From Acidimicrobiia bacterium (GTDB lineage Bacteria > Actinomycetota > Acidimicrobiia > Spongiisociales > ZC4RG35), in NCBI GenBank assembly GCA_965203555.1, contig CBDBCY010000004.1, forward strand, positions 672,001 through 736,000: 64,000 nt of DNA. Reading direction: 5' to 3'. Position numbers and translations under genes: made by a program. The notes below the pieces were generated by a model, which had not been told where the DNA came from, ran no database searches, and was given only the letters and a program-made list of their open reading frames with translations. Below, piece after piece: positions 10,055-18,815 of the stretch. How positions within the stretch are numbered: the stretch's first letter is position 1; each line of letters opens with the position of its first letter.

Positions 10055-10233
10055 GCGCGGCTTTTCGGGCTATAGGAATGTTGTTTTTCCCGCCACTTTG
10101 ACCCACTGCTCATCACCACCGCAGCGGCGGCGGACATTGGCGCCTCCTGGACAGAGCCATTTTCCGATGGGAGTAGTAGGACCTGCCAGCCCCAGCCGAA
10201 CCTTTGGACACGGCCGGGGCTTTCCTCCGGAAG

Positions 10234-10749
10234 CTACGCCGAGTCAGCCAGCAGGTACGGCTTCCACGAGGGGTCGACTCGATAGCCGGAACTTGTGTAC
10301 ACCCACCCAAACCGTCTCGGAGACCGGGGGGAGCGCCGTAGAGCGAAACCCACTTCATTCAATAGACGGTTGCCCTTTTTGATGTTGCACCGGCGACAGC
10401 ACGCCACCACGTTGTCCCAAGTGTGCGCCCCGCCCCGGGAACGAGGCACGACATGGTCGAGACTCTCTGCGGTGGCGCCACAGTACTGACAAATGTTGTC
10501 GTCCCTCCCGAAAACCGCCCGACGGGTGAGAGGGACGGTGCGGTGGTAGGGGACATTCACATAGTAATTCAATCTCACCACCGACGGCACCAGAAAGCTC
10601 TGCTCGGCAGAACGCCAACGCTCTTCCCTCACCTCCACGACGGTTGCCCGATTACGCCACACAAGCACCAGGGCGCGACGACAGCTCACCACCGAGAGAG
10701 GCTCGTACGTCGCGTTGAGAACAAGTGCTTTGGTCATAGTCTGTGCCAC
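10234..10749 (-). CDS. HNH endonuclease (conserved actinobacterial family)
   Basis: ALVLNATYEPL N-terminus; RDxxxCQYCG...DHVVPRSRGG...WDNVVACCRRCN. Confidence 0.9.
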   Translation of the reverse strand: MAQTMTKALVLNATYEPLSVVSCRRALVLVWRNRATVVEVREERWRSAEQSFLVPSVVRLNYYVNVPYHRTVPLTRRAVFGRDDNICQYCGATAESLDHVVPRSRGGAHTWDNVVACCRRCNIKKGNRLLNEVGFALRRSPRSPRRFGWVYTSSGYRVDPSWKPYLLADSA

Positions 10750-10825
10750 CGAATGTCAGACTAGAAAGCTACATACCCCGCCAAGGCGTCAATTACCTGG
10801 TTGGACACGAGTTAGGGGATGTTGC

Positions 10826-11335
10826 TCAGCTGGCCGCCCAAAACGGGTTGTCCCGGAAGTCCTCGTATACCCGCTGCAGCATCGTGCGGAAGGTCGCCCT
10901 GTTGAACTCGAAGTGCGACGCGTCGTCTTCAACCTCCTCCACCACTTTGCCCATAACCTCGATAAAGACGAACTGTCCGTTGCTCAAGGTGTCAATGATC
11001 GCCTTGCTTTGTGGATGAGGCGCCAGGATCGTGGTTCCAAAAGGATCGGCGAACAACCCCGCCTGGGCCAGATGCTGATCCAGATCACCTTCGCGACGCA
11101 GATACTTCCAGGCCCGCTGGATTCTCTGCAAAGACAGGCCGTTGTCGATCAGGCTCTTGATCACTCGCAAGGCCACCAGATCCTGCAAGTTGTAAATCCT
11201 CCGAACCCCCGGCCGGCCTCCGGTGCCCTTTATGGAAGGCTTGACCAGGGATACCCGATCCCAATATCTCAACTGGTTGTAGCTACAACCTGTGAACCTC
11301 ATCGCCTCCGACGAAGTAAATCCCTCTTCCGGCAT
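10826..11335 (-). CDS. MerR-family transcriptional regulator
   Basis: GCSYNQLRYWDR...VKPSI...RRIYNLQDLVALRVIKSLIDNGLSLQRI HTH. Confidence 0.85.
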   Translation of the reverse strand: MPEEGFTSSEAMRFTGCSYNQLRYWDRVSLVKPSIKGTGGRPGVRRIYNLQDLVALRVIKSLIDNGLSLQRIQRAWKYLRREGDLDQHLAQAGLFADPFGTTILAPHPQSKAIIDTLSNGQFVFIEVMGKVVEEVEDDASHFEFNRATFRTMLQRVYEDFRDNPFWAAS

Positions 11336-11366
11336 CCCTTTCACACCTCTTCGGCCCCAGGCCCGC

Positions 11367-11696
11367 TCAGCGGGGCCAGGACCCAAATCCGTTCGCCTTC
11401 GTGTCGCGATTCCCGCGGACACCCTTCCACTGAAGCTTGCTGCGCGCCCTCAGACCCTGAACGAGAAAAGTAGCAGCCACCACCATGACCACAAAGCCCG
11501 CGAGCGCGATCAACAACCGGGAGGTGAAGAAGATCAGCACGACCAGCATGCCTGCCGCCAGAAGCCCGGTGGGGATCACCGTGGCGGCTTTGCTCGAGTA
11601 GAGCAGCCTCTGCTGGTTTCCCTGAGTATCTTCTTCTTCGTAGAAGTGACTCTCGATCTCCTCGAGAATCCGCCGCTCTTCTTCGTTCAAAGGCAC
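11367..11696 (-). CDS. DUF3040-like small membrane protein
   Basis: MPLNEEERRILEEIE start plus two TM helices; family usually found near dinB/mraZ in actinobacteria. Confidence 0.75.
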   Translation of the reverse strand: MPLNEEERRILEEIESHFYEEEDTQGNQQRLLYSSKAATVIPTGLLAAGMLVVLIFFTSRLLIALAGFVVMVVAATFLVQGLRARSKLQWKGVRGNRDTKANGFGSWPR

Positions 11697-11766
11697 TTTG
11701 GCCCAACCCTCCGGTACAACCGCTTCCGCTTATCAGTATATGGCCTCTCCGTACCCATTAGAGCCG

Positions 11767-12969
11767 TCATTGCCGGTTACTTTCATCAGCGACAGGTCTT
11801 AGCCGAGCCGGAAGCACCGCTTCGAATCCAAACCTGCGACGGAGACGGAACACCTCTTCCTCCAGCTTCTCCCATCGGTTCCCCCCATCCAAGTCCAGTT
11901 GCGGCAGGGCCGAGCCGTAGCTCAACCCTGCGGCCGAGATTCCCAGCAGGCGCACCCCTTTCCCGTCGAGACCCGCGCGATTGGCCAGATCCAACACCTC
12001 ACGATAGATGTCGATCGCCAGCCGGGTGGGGGTCTCTCTGGTATGGGATCTGGTGATCGTGGAGAAATCACTAAATCTCACCTTGAGAGTGATAGTTGAT
12101 GTCCAGGCTTGTGCATCCTGGAGTCGATCAGCCAGCCGTTCAGCTTGCCCTCTAAGTTTTACTTCCACTTCAGCACGACGGTGAAGGTCCTGTTCAAAGG
12201 TGTTTTCCACCGACAACGACACTCCAACAGAACGAGTCACTATGGGTCGAGGGTCGATCCCCGCCGCCAATCGCGTCAGATGCTCTGCCATAGCATTTCC
12301 CAATACCGGTTTCAGATGGTCCACAGGTATCTCAGCCAACTCCCCCACCGTGCGGATTCCCAGTCCTTTGAGCCGACGGGCAGTGGCCTCCCCCACTCCC
12401 CACAACCTCCGCACCGAAAGACTGTGAAGAAAATCCAGGCTCTCTTCGGAGCAAATGTACCGAAGGCCGTCGGGTTTGGCGTCTTCAGAGGCCAACTTGG
12501 CCAGAGTCTTGTTGACCGCGATCCCCACCGAAGCCGGCAGCCCCACTTGCCGGCGTATCTCTTCGCGCAGGACCCTCCCCACCTCGGTGACTGTCCGATA
12601 GTGGTGACGAAGGCCCGAGACATCGAGGAAAGCCTCGTCCACCGATAGCTTTTCCACCAGGGGTGTGAACGAAGAGAACACTTCGAACACTTCTTCCGAG
12701 ACACGTCCGTACAGGACATGATCTGCGGGAACCGTCAGCAACCCGGGGCACAGACGCCGAGCCTGGGCAACCGCCATCGCCGAACGAACTCCGTACCGGC
12801 GGGCCTCGTAGGATGCAGACGCCACCACCCCTCTTCGTCCGGTTCCTCCTACTGCCACCGCCTGTCCCACGAGTTCGGGATGGCGGCGACGCTCGACCTC
12901 CACGAAGAAGGCATCCATGTCCACATGGAGGATCGGTTCGGCGAATGCGGGGCGGATCATCCTCATCAC
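11767..12969 (-). CDS. dinB: DNA polymerase IV
   Basis: HVDMDAFF, SYEARRYGVRSAM, SVDEAFLD, AKLASEDAKPDG, little-finger domain. Confidence 0.95.
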   Translation of the reverse strand: MMRMIRPAFAEPILHVDMDAFFVEVERRRHPELVGQAVAVGGTGRRGVVASASYEARRYGVRSAMAVAQARRLCPGLLTVPADHVLYGRVSEEVFEVFSSFTPLVEKLSVDEAFLDVSGLRHHYRTVTEVGRVLREEIRRQVGLPASVGIAVNKTLAKLASEDAKPDGLRYICSEESLDFLHSLSVRRLWGVGEATARRLKGLGIRTVGELAEIPVDHLKPVLGNAMAEHLTRLAAGIDPRPIVTRSVGVSLSVENTFEQDLHRRAEVEVKLRGQAERLADRLQDAQAWTSTITLKVRFSDFSTITRSHTRETPTRLAIDIYREVLDLANRAGLDGKGVRLLGISAAGLSYGSALPQLDLDGGNRWEKLEEEVFRLRRRFGFEAVLPARLRPVADESNRQ

Positions 12970-12994
12970 AGTACCCGATAAGCTGAGACGTAAT

Positions 12995-13597
12995 ATGGCC
13001 GAACTCGTTCATTTGGTGCGCCATGGCGAAGTCCACAATCCCCAGCACTTGGTTTATGCCTCACTGCCCGGATTCAGGCTGAGTCCCCGTGGTGTTCGCC
13101 AAACGCGGCAGGCTGCCCGGTACCTGGCTCGCCGACCCATTGCGGCGGTGTGGTCCTCACCGCTGACCAGGGCCCTGGAGACCGCAGAAAACCTCACGGC
13201 ACCTCACCGGGTGCAGGTGCAGGTGCTTTCCGACTTGGTGGAATGGAAACTCTTGGATCGATGGGCAGGTCACCGATGGGAACAGATACCCACGCTCTTT
13301 CCCGGGGAGGTCGAGGCCTATCTACGGCATCCCTCCGACCTGAGTTTCGCTCCCGAAACCCTGGCGGAACTGGCTGAGAGAATTGCGAACGCAGTTCAGA
13401 AAGTGGCGGCCTCCACCTGCGGAGGAGAGGTGGTGGTAGTAGGTCACCAGGACCCCATCCAAGCGGGGCGGTTGGCTTTGACCGGCCAGCCCCCTCACCG
13501 GTTGTTCCAGGATCGACCTGAACACTGCTCGGTGATCACCCTCCGTCCGGGGAATTCCTGGACGGAGATCGGAAAATGGGATCCGCCTAGCCGATAA
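12995..13597 (+). CDS. Histidine phosphatase family protein
   Basis: [31 protein letters not shown]. Confidence 0.88.
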   Translation: MAELVHLVRHGEVHNPQHLVYASLPGFRLSPRGVRQTRQAARYLARRPIAAVWSSPLTRALETAENLTAPHRVQVQVLSDLVEWKLLDRWAGHRWEQIPTLFPGEVEAYLRHPSDLSFAPETLAELAERIANAVQKVAASTCGGEVVVVGHQDPIQAGRLALTGQPPHRLFQDRPEHCSVITLRPGNSWTEIGKWDPPSR

Positions 13598-15650
13598 AGG
13601 CGTCGGCAAAGATCAAGGAGACGATCGTCATCACCTTGATCACGATGTTCATCGCCGGCCCCGAGGTGTCCTTGAAGGGATCACCCACCGTATCGCCGAT
13701 CACCGCCGCTTTATGAGCATCAGAGCCTTTTCCGCCCCGCGCTCCCGCCTCGATGTGCTTCTTGGCGTTGTCCCAGGCGCCCCCGGCGTTGGCCATGTAG
13801 ATGGCCAGCAGGAAACCGGTTACCAGCGCTCCAGCCAGAAAGCCACCCAGGGCGGAGGTGGAGATGAACCCGATTACCAGCGGCAAGGCCACCGCCAGCA
13901 CTCCGGGGAGCACCATCTCGCGCAGCGCCCCGCCGGTGGCGATGTCCACGCACCGGGCGTACTCGGCCCGAGCTTCCGGGCGCCCTTCTCTCAATCCCGG
14001 AATCTCCCGGAATTGGCGGCGTACCTCCTCGATCATGGTGAACGCCGCACGTCCCACCGCCGAGATGGTCAGGGCGGCGAACAGGAACGGGAACATCCCG
14101 CCCAGGAACAATCCGACGGTCACCTCGACGGAGACGATGTTGATCACATCCAGGCCCACCGCCTGCGTGAAGGTGGCGAACAACGCCAAGGCGGTGACCG
14201 CTGCCGAGCCGATGGCGAATCCCTTGGCAACGGCTGCGGTGGTGTTGCCCAGTGAATCCAGCGCATCGGTGGTCTCCCGGACTTCGGGAGGCAGATGGGC
14301 CATCTCGGCTATCCCCCCGGCGTTGTCGGCGATCGGACCATACGCGTCCACCGCGATGGTGATGCCCAAAGTGGCCAGCACCCCGATGGCCGCCACGGCC
14401 ACGCCGTAGATCCCTCCGACATCACCCAGTGCCCACTCTCCCGCCGCATACGCTCCTCCGATGCCGGCCGCAACCACCAGCACCGAATATGCCGCCGACT
14501 TCTTTCCCACCGCCACTCCGGCCAGCACCACGGTGGCCGGGCCGGTCTCAGCCTGCTGCGCGATGTCCTTCACCGCCCGGTAGTGGTCGGAGGTGTATAT
14601 CTCGGAGATTTTTCCGATCACAAAGCCCACGGCCAAGCCGATCACCACCGCCACCCACAAACCGAGAGGCCGAACGTCGGAGTTGCCTCCGAAGATCCAA
14701 AAAGAGACGCCCAGGATCCCCAACGCAGCCAACACCATGGAGGTGTTGGTTCCCCGATGCAGGGCCGAAGCCAGATCGGAAGCGCTTTTGGGCTTGACGA
14801 AGAAGGAACCGATTATGGACGCCAGCATGCCCACGGTCCCCACCGCCAGGGGAAAGACGATGGCCTCCAACTGGTAGGAGGCGTTGGCGAAAGCCAATGC
14901 GGCAAAGGCGATGGGCGCCACCAGCGATCCCACGTAGGACTCGAAGAGATCGGCGCCCATCCCCGCCACATCCCCGACGTTGTCTCCCACGTTGTCGGCG
15001 ATCACCGCCGGATTGCGAGGGTCGTCCTCGGGAATTCCCGCCTCGACTTTGCCCACCAGGTCTGCACCGACATCGGCCGCCTTGGTATAGATCCCCCCTC
15101 CGACGCGAGCAAACAGAGCGATCGACGATCCTCCCAAGCCGATAGCGGCCACGATTTCCACTCCACGGCCAAGATCCAGTCCCCCCACTTCCACAAACAC
15201 CAGATAGCCCAGCGCCACTCCCGCCAGACCCAGACCGGCCACCGTGAAACCCATCACGGCGCCGCCCCGAAAGGCAAGAGGCAATGCCCGCTGGACACCA
15301 CCCAGACGGGCCGCTTCGGCGGTGCGGGAATTGGCGGCGGTGGCAACTCTCATTCCCACAAAGCCGGCGGTGGCGGAGAGAGCCGCCCCGAACAGGTAGG
15401 CGATCGCCCGCAACCATCCGTCGTCCAGCACCAAGCCGATCAGGACAAACATGGCCAGCACAAATACCCCCAGCCATCGATACTCTCGCCGCAGGAAAGC
15501 CATCGCCCCCTCCCGGATGGCGCCGGCAATCTCCCGCATCCGGTCGTTCCCCATCGGAGCAGCCAGCACCTGCCGGGTGAACCACACCGCCAACAACAAC
15601 GCCGCCAGGGCCAGAACCAGGGCTGCGATCAAAAAGAATGACTGATCCAT
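13587..15650 (-). CDS. hppA: Membrane-integral pyrophosphatase, K+-dependent, probably Na+-translocating
   Basis: [26 protein letters not shown] (Ala, K+-dependent), DLFESY. Confidence 0.95.
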   Translation of the reverse strand: MDQSFFLIAALVLALAALLLAVWFTRQVLAAPMGNDRMREIAGAIREGAMAFLRREYRWLGVFVLAMFVLIGLVLDDGWLRAIAYLFGAALSATAGFVGMRVATAANSRTAEAARLGGVQRALPLAFRGGAVMGFTVAGLGLAGVALGYLVFVEVGGLDLGRGVEIVAAIGLGGSSIALFARVGGGIYTKAADVGADLVGKVEAGIPEDDPRNPAVIADNVGDNVGDVAGMGADLFESYVGSLVAPIAFAALAFANASYQLEAIVFPLAVGTVGMLASIIGSFFVKPKSASDLASALHRGTNTSMVLAALGILGVSFWIFGGNSDVRPLGLWVAVVIGLAVGFVIGKISEIYTSDHYRAVKDIAQQAETGPATVVLAGVAVGKKSAAYSVLVVAAGIGGAYAAGEWALGDVGGIYGVAVAAIGVLATLGITIAVDAYGPIADNAGGIAEMAHLPPEVRETTDALDSLGNTTAAVAKGFAIGSAAVTALALFATFTQAVGLDVINIVSVEVTVGLFLGGMFPFLFAALTISAVGRAAFTMIEEVRRQFREIPGLREGRPEARAEYARCVDIATGGALREMVLPGVLAVALPLVIGFISTSALGGFLAGALVTGFLLAIYMANAGGAWDNAKKHIEAGARGGKGSDAHKAAVIGDTVGDPFKDTSGPAMNIVIKVMTIVSLIFADAFIG

Positions 15651-15807
15651 CAGGGGAACTACCTCTCTCTTGCGGGGGACCGGGCAGTCCCCTCCAACAC
15701 CGGAATCCAGTTTAGAAAGAGAGAGCCCGATCCTCTGTTTTCGACTCTTCTCAACCCAACGGAATGCCCATTAGGGCGTGTTGACGCTTTTGGGGTGGCG
15801 GACTGTT

Positions 15808-17022
15808 TCATTTTCGTTGTTTGATCGGGCGTCGGCGCGTGGGTCGGCGTCGGCGGTTCCGGTACTTAGGTCGGGGTGGGCGTCCCCATTGGGTGGGTGG
15901 TGGGCGGAGCCGGTAGGCGCCGGTTGTAGTGCGTTCAACCTGCCAGTCATTGTCGTGGACCTTGTGGTGGCATCTGCTGCACAGAAGACACATGTTGTCC
16001 AGGTTCGTGAGACCCCCGTCTTGCCAGTGGACGATGTGATGCGCCTGGCACCAGGAGGCCTTGGCGCCGCACCCCACACAGTGTTTGTCCCGGGCGACCA
16101 GCGCGGCCCGCTGGGAACCGCTGGCCGTCCGCCGGGCCCGTCCCACATCCAACGGCACCGACGAACCCGCAAAGACCGCCGGGAGGACCTGAGCGTCACA
16201 GGCCAACTGCCGCAGGGTACGGGCGGGCAGGGGGGTTCCGTTCTCCAGGCGAGGGTTGCCCAACTGTTGGCTGACCGCGTCATAGTCGGCGATCAACAAC
16301 AGGCGCACCCCCTGGGAACGACCGTCCCCTTCCCGAGTAAGGAGCTTGGCTATGGCGTCGGCCATCCGCTGACCCGCAGTAGCCCGATTCCTGGGATCTT
16401 CCTTGTGCCAGAGTTGGTTCATCATGTGAGACACCGCCGTCTCGACCCGGGCGCCGGTGACCGGGTCGAACCTCCCATAAAGAACGGTCATTCCGTCGTC
16501 CTGGTCGGTGGTGATCTTCGCGAACCGGCGGGAACGCTGATGCTCCAACTTCGACACACCATCATCTTGGGAGCGTTGTTGTTCGTGTTTGCGTACCGTC
16601 CGGGCGAACTTGTCAGGAGACTGGGAACGGGCACCGTCCAACAACTCGTCCTCGACAATGGCTCCCCTCTGATTGGCACCCGCCAAAATACGGGCGTTGT
16701 CAGCAGAGATCTCTCCCTTTAGGAAACCCTCCCGTGTCTTGGGCAGCTCCTCCAACCCCCGGGCGGTCTCCACCTCCGACCGGGCCTTCCGACGGCCCAA
16801 CAGCCCGTCCTCCCGCAAAATCGTTTCCACCTTCTCCGTTCCCTGGCGGCGGCGCAACTCCGACACCGCCTCAGCGCGGACCGCGGCGGCCTGGTTCTGG
16901 ACACAGATGGTGGACTGTATACGCTGTTTCAGTTCTTCAACCGACGCCTCCACCACCGGCATGGTGGGCGCCAGCAACTTGGCCAGGTTGGCGGACCGCC
17001 GACTGTCGACTGCTTGTTTCAT
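15808..17022 (-). CDS. DUF222 (13E12-like) plus C-terminal HNH endonuclease, copy 1
   Basis: RQLACDA...LDVGRARR...QRAALVARDKHCVGC...CQAHHIVHWQDGGLTNLDNMCLLCSRCHHKVH; ATG lies 6 nt after a -10 hexamer (leaderless). Confidence 0.88.
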   Translation of the reverse strand: MKQAVDSRRSANLAKLLAPTMPVVEASVEELKQRIQSTICVQNQAAAVRAEAVSELRRRQGTEKVETILREDGLLGRRKARSEVETARGLEELPKTREGFLKGEISADNARILAGANQRGAIVEDELLDGARSQSPDKFARTVRKHEQQRSQDDGVSKLEHQRSRRFAKITTDQDDGMTVLYGRFDPVTGARVETAVSHMMNQLWHKEDPRNRATAGQRMADAIAKLLTREGDGRSQGVRLLLIADYDAVSQQLGNPRLENGTPLPARTLRQLACDAQVLPAVFAGSSVPLDVGRARRTASGSQRAALVARDKHCVGCGAKASWCQAHHIVHWQDGGLTNLDNMCLLCSRCHHKVHDNDWQVERTTTGAYRLRPPPTQWGRPPRPKYRNRRRRPTRRRPIKQRK

Positions 17023-17028
17023 GTGTAC

Positions 17029-17050
17029 AGTATGCAAAAGGGGTGTGACA
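17029..17050 (-). promoter_or_regulatory. RecA-NDp/PafBC-like promoter of DUF222-HNH copy 1
   Basis: TGTCAC-N10-CATACT-N6-ATG. Confidence 0.6.
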
Positions 17051-17441
17051 AAACATCGTGCATATCACTAAATTGTGAAAACAAACACTAAAACTTTCGC
17101 AACATCCACCTCATAGCTCGGTCGCTATCGAAAACACCCGACCCACGAGCGCTTGGTGACAGAAACCGGCCTCCCGGCCGGTCCACGTTCCTCGCTCTCA
17201 TCACCTCCACCTCATCAGCGGCACCCTACATAATGTGAACACGCCCTGTCACCCTTAGAGGGCCGCGCGGTTAGGGAGATCGCGATTGCCGCCCTCCAGC
17301 ACCCTGAACCATGCCTGTTCCGCAAAATACCTGGTCAACATCATGAACCGTCAAACCCCCCAAAGACTACGTTTTCGCAGGTCAGCACCTACCCACGCGA
17401 CCCCTAAGGATATGTCCAGATCGGGGCAGGGTAGCGCCGTC

Positions 17442-17463
17442 TGTCACACCCTCTTGCCATCCT
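17442..17463 (+). promoter_or_regulatory. RecA-NDp/PafBC-like promoter upstream of the lipoprotein gene
   Basis: TGTCAC-ACCCTCTTGC-CATCCT, nearly identical to the DUF222 promoters. Confidence 0.45.
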
Positions 17464-17563
17464 GTCAGGGTGTAAAAGAAGAGAGAGCAAAACAGGCTGG
17501 ATCACCATTAGGAGGTGGCGTGGTATCCGATGGGCGACCACGCTCCCAAGGAAGGAGCAGACC

Positions 17564-18190
17564 ATGAAGAAGCTACTGATAGTTGCCGCTCTTGCGGCCG
17601 CTGCTCTAGTCGGCGCTTGTGTCGAGGCGGATTCGCAGGACGCTTCAAGCAATGCAGTTGATCAGGACACGATCTCAAGCGAAACACCAACAACGACCAC
17701 GAGGCAAACGACGACGACCACCTCGCCGTATCTCATAAGAAACGGGTTGAAGATATGGACTCATTCCACCGAACGGTCACCGATCCCAATGCGGGAATTC
17801 GGCATCGTGGGCTACTGGCAAGTGGAAGTGCTCAGTGTCGTTGACAATGCCACACGCACTGTGCTGAGTGAGAACCAATTCAATGAGGCACCCCCTTCTG
17901 GCTGGAGGTACGCCCTGGTACAGGTAAGGTTGACAAACATAGATGAGGAGTTCCGCACTCCATGGCTGGAAGTTGATTTCAGCGCTTTGGCGAACGACGG
18001 AAAAGTGGGAACCGAGTGCAGTGAGGTCATTCCAGGCGAAGTGGACACTCTGCAAGAGATTCCGCCCGGGGGCAGCATTCAAGGTAATGTCTGCGTGGTA
18101 GTTCCTGCCGGTCAGTCCTTCCTGCTGATCACCGGTGGAGATGATATCTGGACGGATGTCGCGCCGAATCAATTCCATTCAACTCGCTGA
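17564..18190 (+). CDS. Lipoprotein with Thr-rich linker and DUF4352-like Ig-fold domain
   Basis: SD GAAGGAG; signal peptide with lipobox VGAC; NQFNEAPPSG...VQVRLTN...PGGSIQGNVC. Confidence 0.75.
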   Translation: MKKLLIVAALAAAALVGACVEADSQDASSNAVDQDTISSETPTTTTRQTTTTTSPYLIRNGLKIWTHSTERSPIPMREFGIVGYWQVEVLSVVDNATRTVLSENQFNEAPPSGWRYALVQVRLTNIDEEFRTPWLEVDFSALANDGKVGTECSEVIPGEVDTLQEIPPGGSIQGNVCVVVPAGQSFLLITGGDDIWTDVAPNQFHSTR

Positions 18191-18199
18191 CGAAGACTC

Positions 18200-18623
18200 G
18201 GCAATGGCAGGTTATATCAGGCTCGATCCGGACTGACCCACCCTGGTCTTGCTGCGTCTGTGGATCACGCCAAGACGGTTGCTGCCCTGCTTACTGCAAG
18301 CGGGATCAAGGCCCGTGCAGTCAGCGGCTTACACCGGGGCAGCTGTCCGTCGTCGTGTGGTTAATGAGTTTCGAGAGGGAGAAGTGAAGGCACTCGTCAA
18401 CTATGCGGTGTTCCGGGAAGGGTTCGACGCTCCCAAGACTCGAGCTATCATCGTCGCCCGCCCGGTCTACAGTCCGAACCTCTACTTCCAGATGATCGGC
18501 CGGGGGCTGCGAGGAGTCGCCAACGGCGGCTATGACCGGTGTTTGATCCTCAACGTCGAGGACAATATCGAGAACTTCGAGGGGAGGCTCGCCTTCACAG
18601 AGCTCGAATGGCTTTGGGACTGA
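18200..18623 (+). pseudogene. C-terminal remnant of an SF2 (DEAD/DEAH, Res-like) helicase
   Basis: Joining frames gives D*PTLV/AASVDHAKTVAALL...SG/AVRRRVVNEF...VFREGFDAP...QMIGRGLR, with a stop, two frameshifts and no N-terminal ATPase domain. Confidence 0.75.
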
Positions 18624-18748
18624 CACAGAAACCTTGACGGAAGCGCAAGACTTCAGAACCCCGATAGGACCCGCCGTGTCTCGTCTGCTCTGTTTGCTTT
18701 CCGTCCCGAGGGAAAGCCTGCCAGCCTAACTGCAAGCGCGAGTCTTCA

Positions 18749-18801
18749 CGTATTGCGGGAGGAATTAGGTCACGCAATATAGGAGGAAATGGGTCACGCA
18801 A
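18749..18801 (+). repeat. Two 20-bp direct repeats at 24-bp period; possible orphan IS21-type end
   Basis: GGAGGAATTAGGTCACGCAA (18758-18777) and GGAGGAAATGGGTCACGCAA (18782-18801). Confidence 0.5.
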
Positions 18802-18815
18802 CGCTGCCGGCGGAT

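Noticed and set aside
10755-10777. Other TGTC sites (10755, 38218, 54739, 58200) as PafBC-like promoters
   Set aside because: No valid -10 hexamer at the 10-nt spacing, or wrong orientation
15775-17105. Terminal inverted repeats or target duplication around DUF222 copy 1 (GTTG..CG..TTTT)
   Set aside because: Weak, gapped, and not reproduced at copy 2
17370-17386. GTTTTCGCAGGTCAG motif resembling sequences near actinobacterial mobile-element boundaries
   Set aside because: Single short occurrence; cannot be supported without a search
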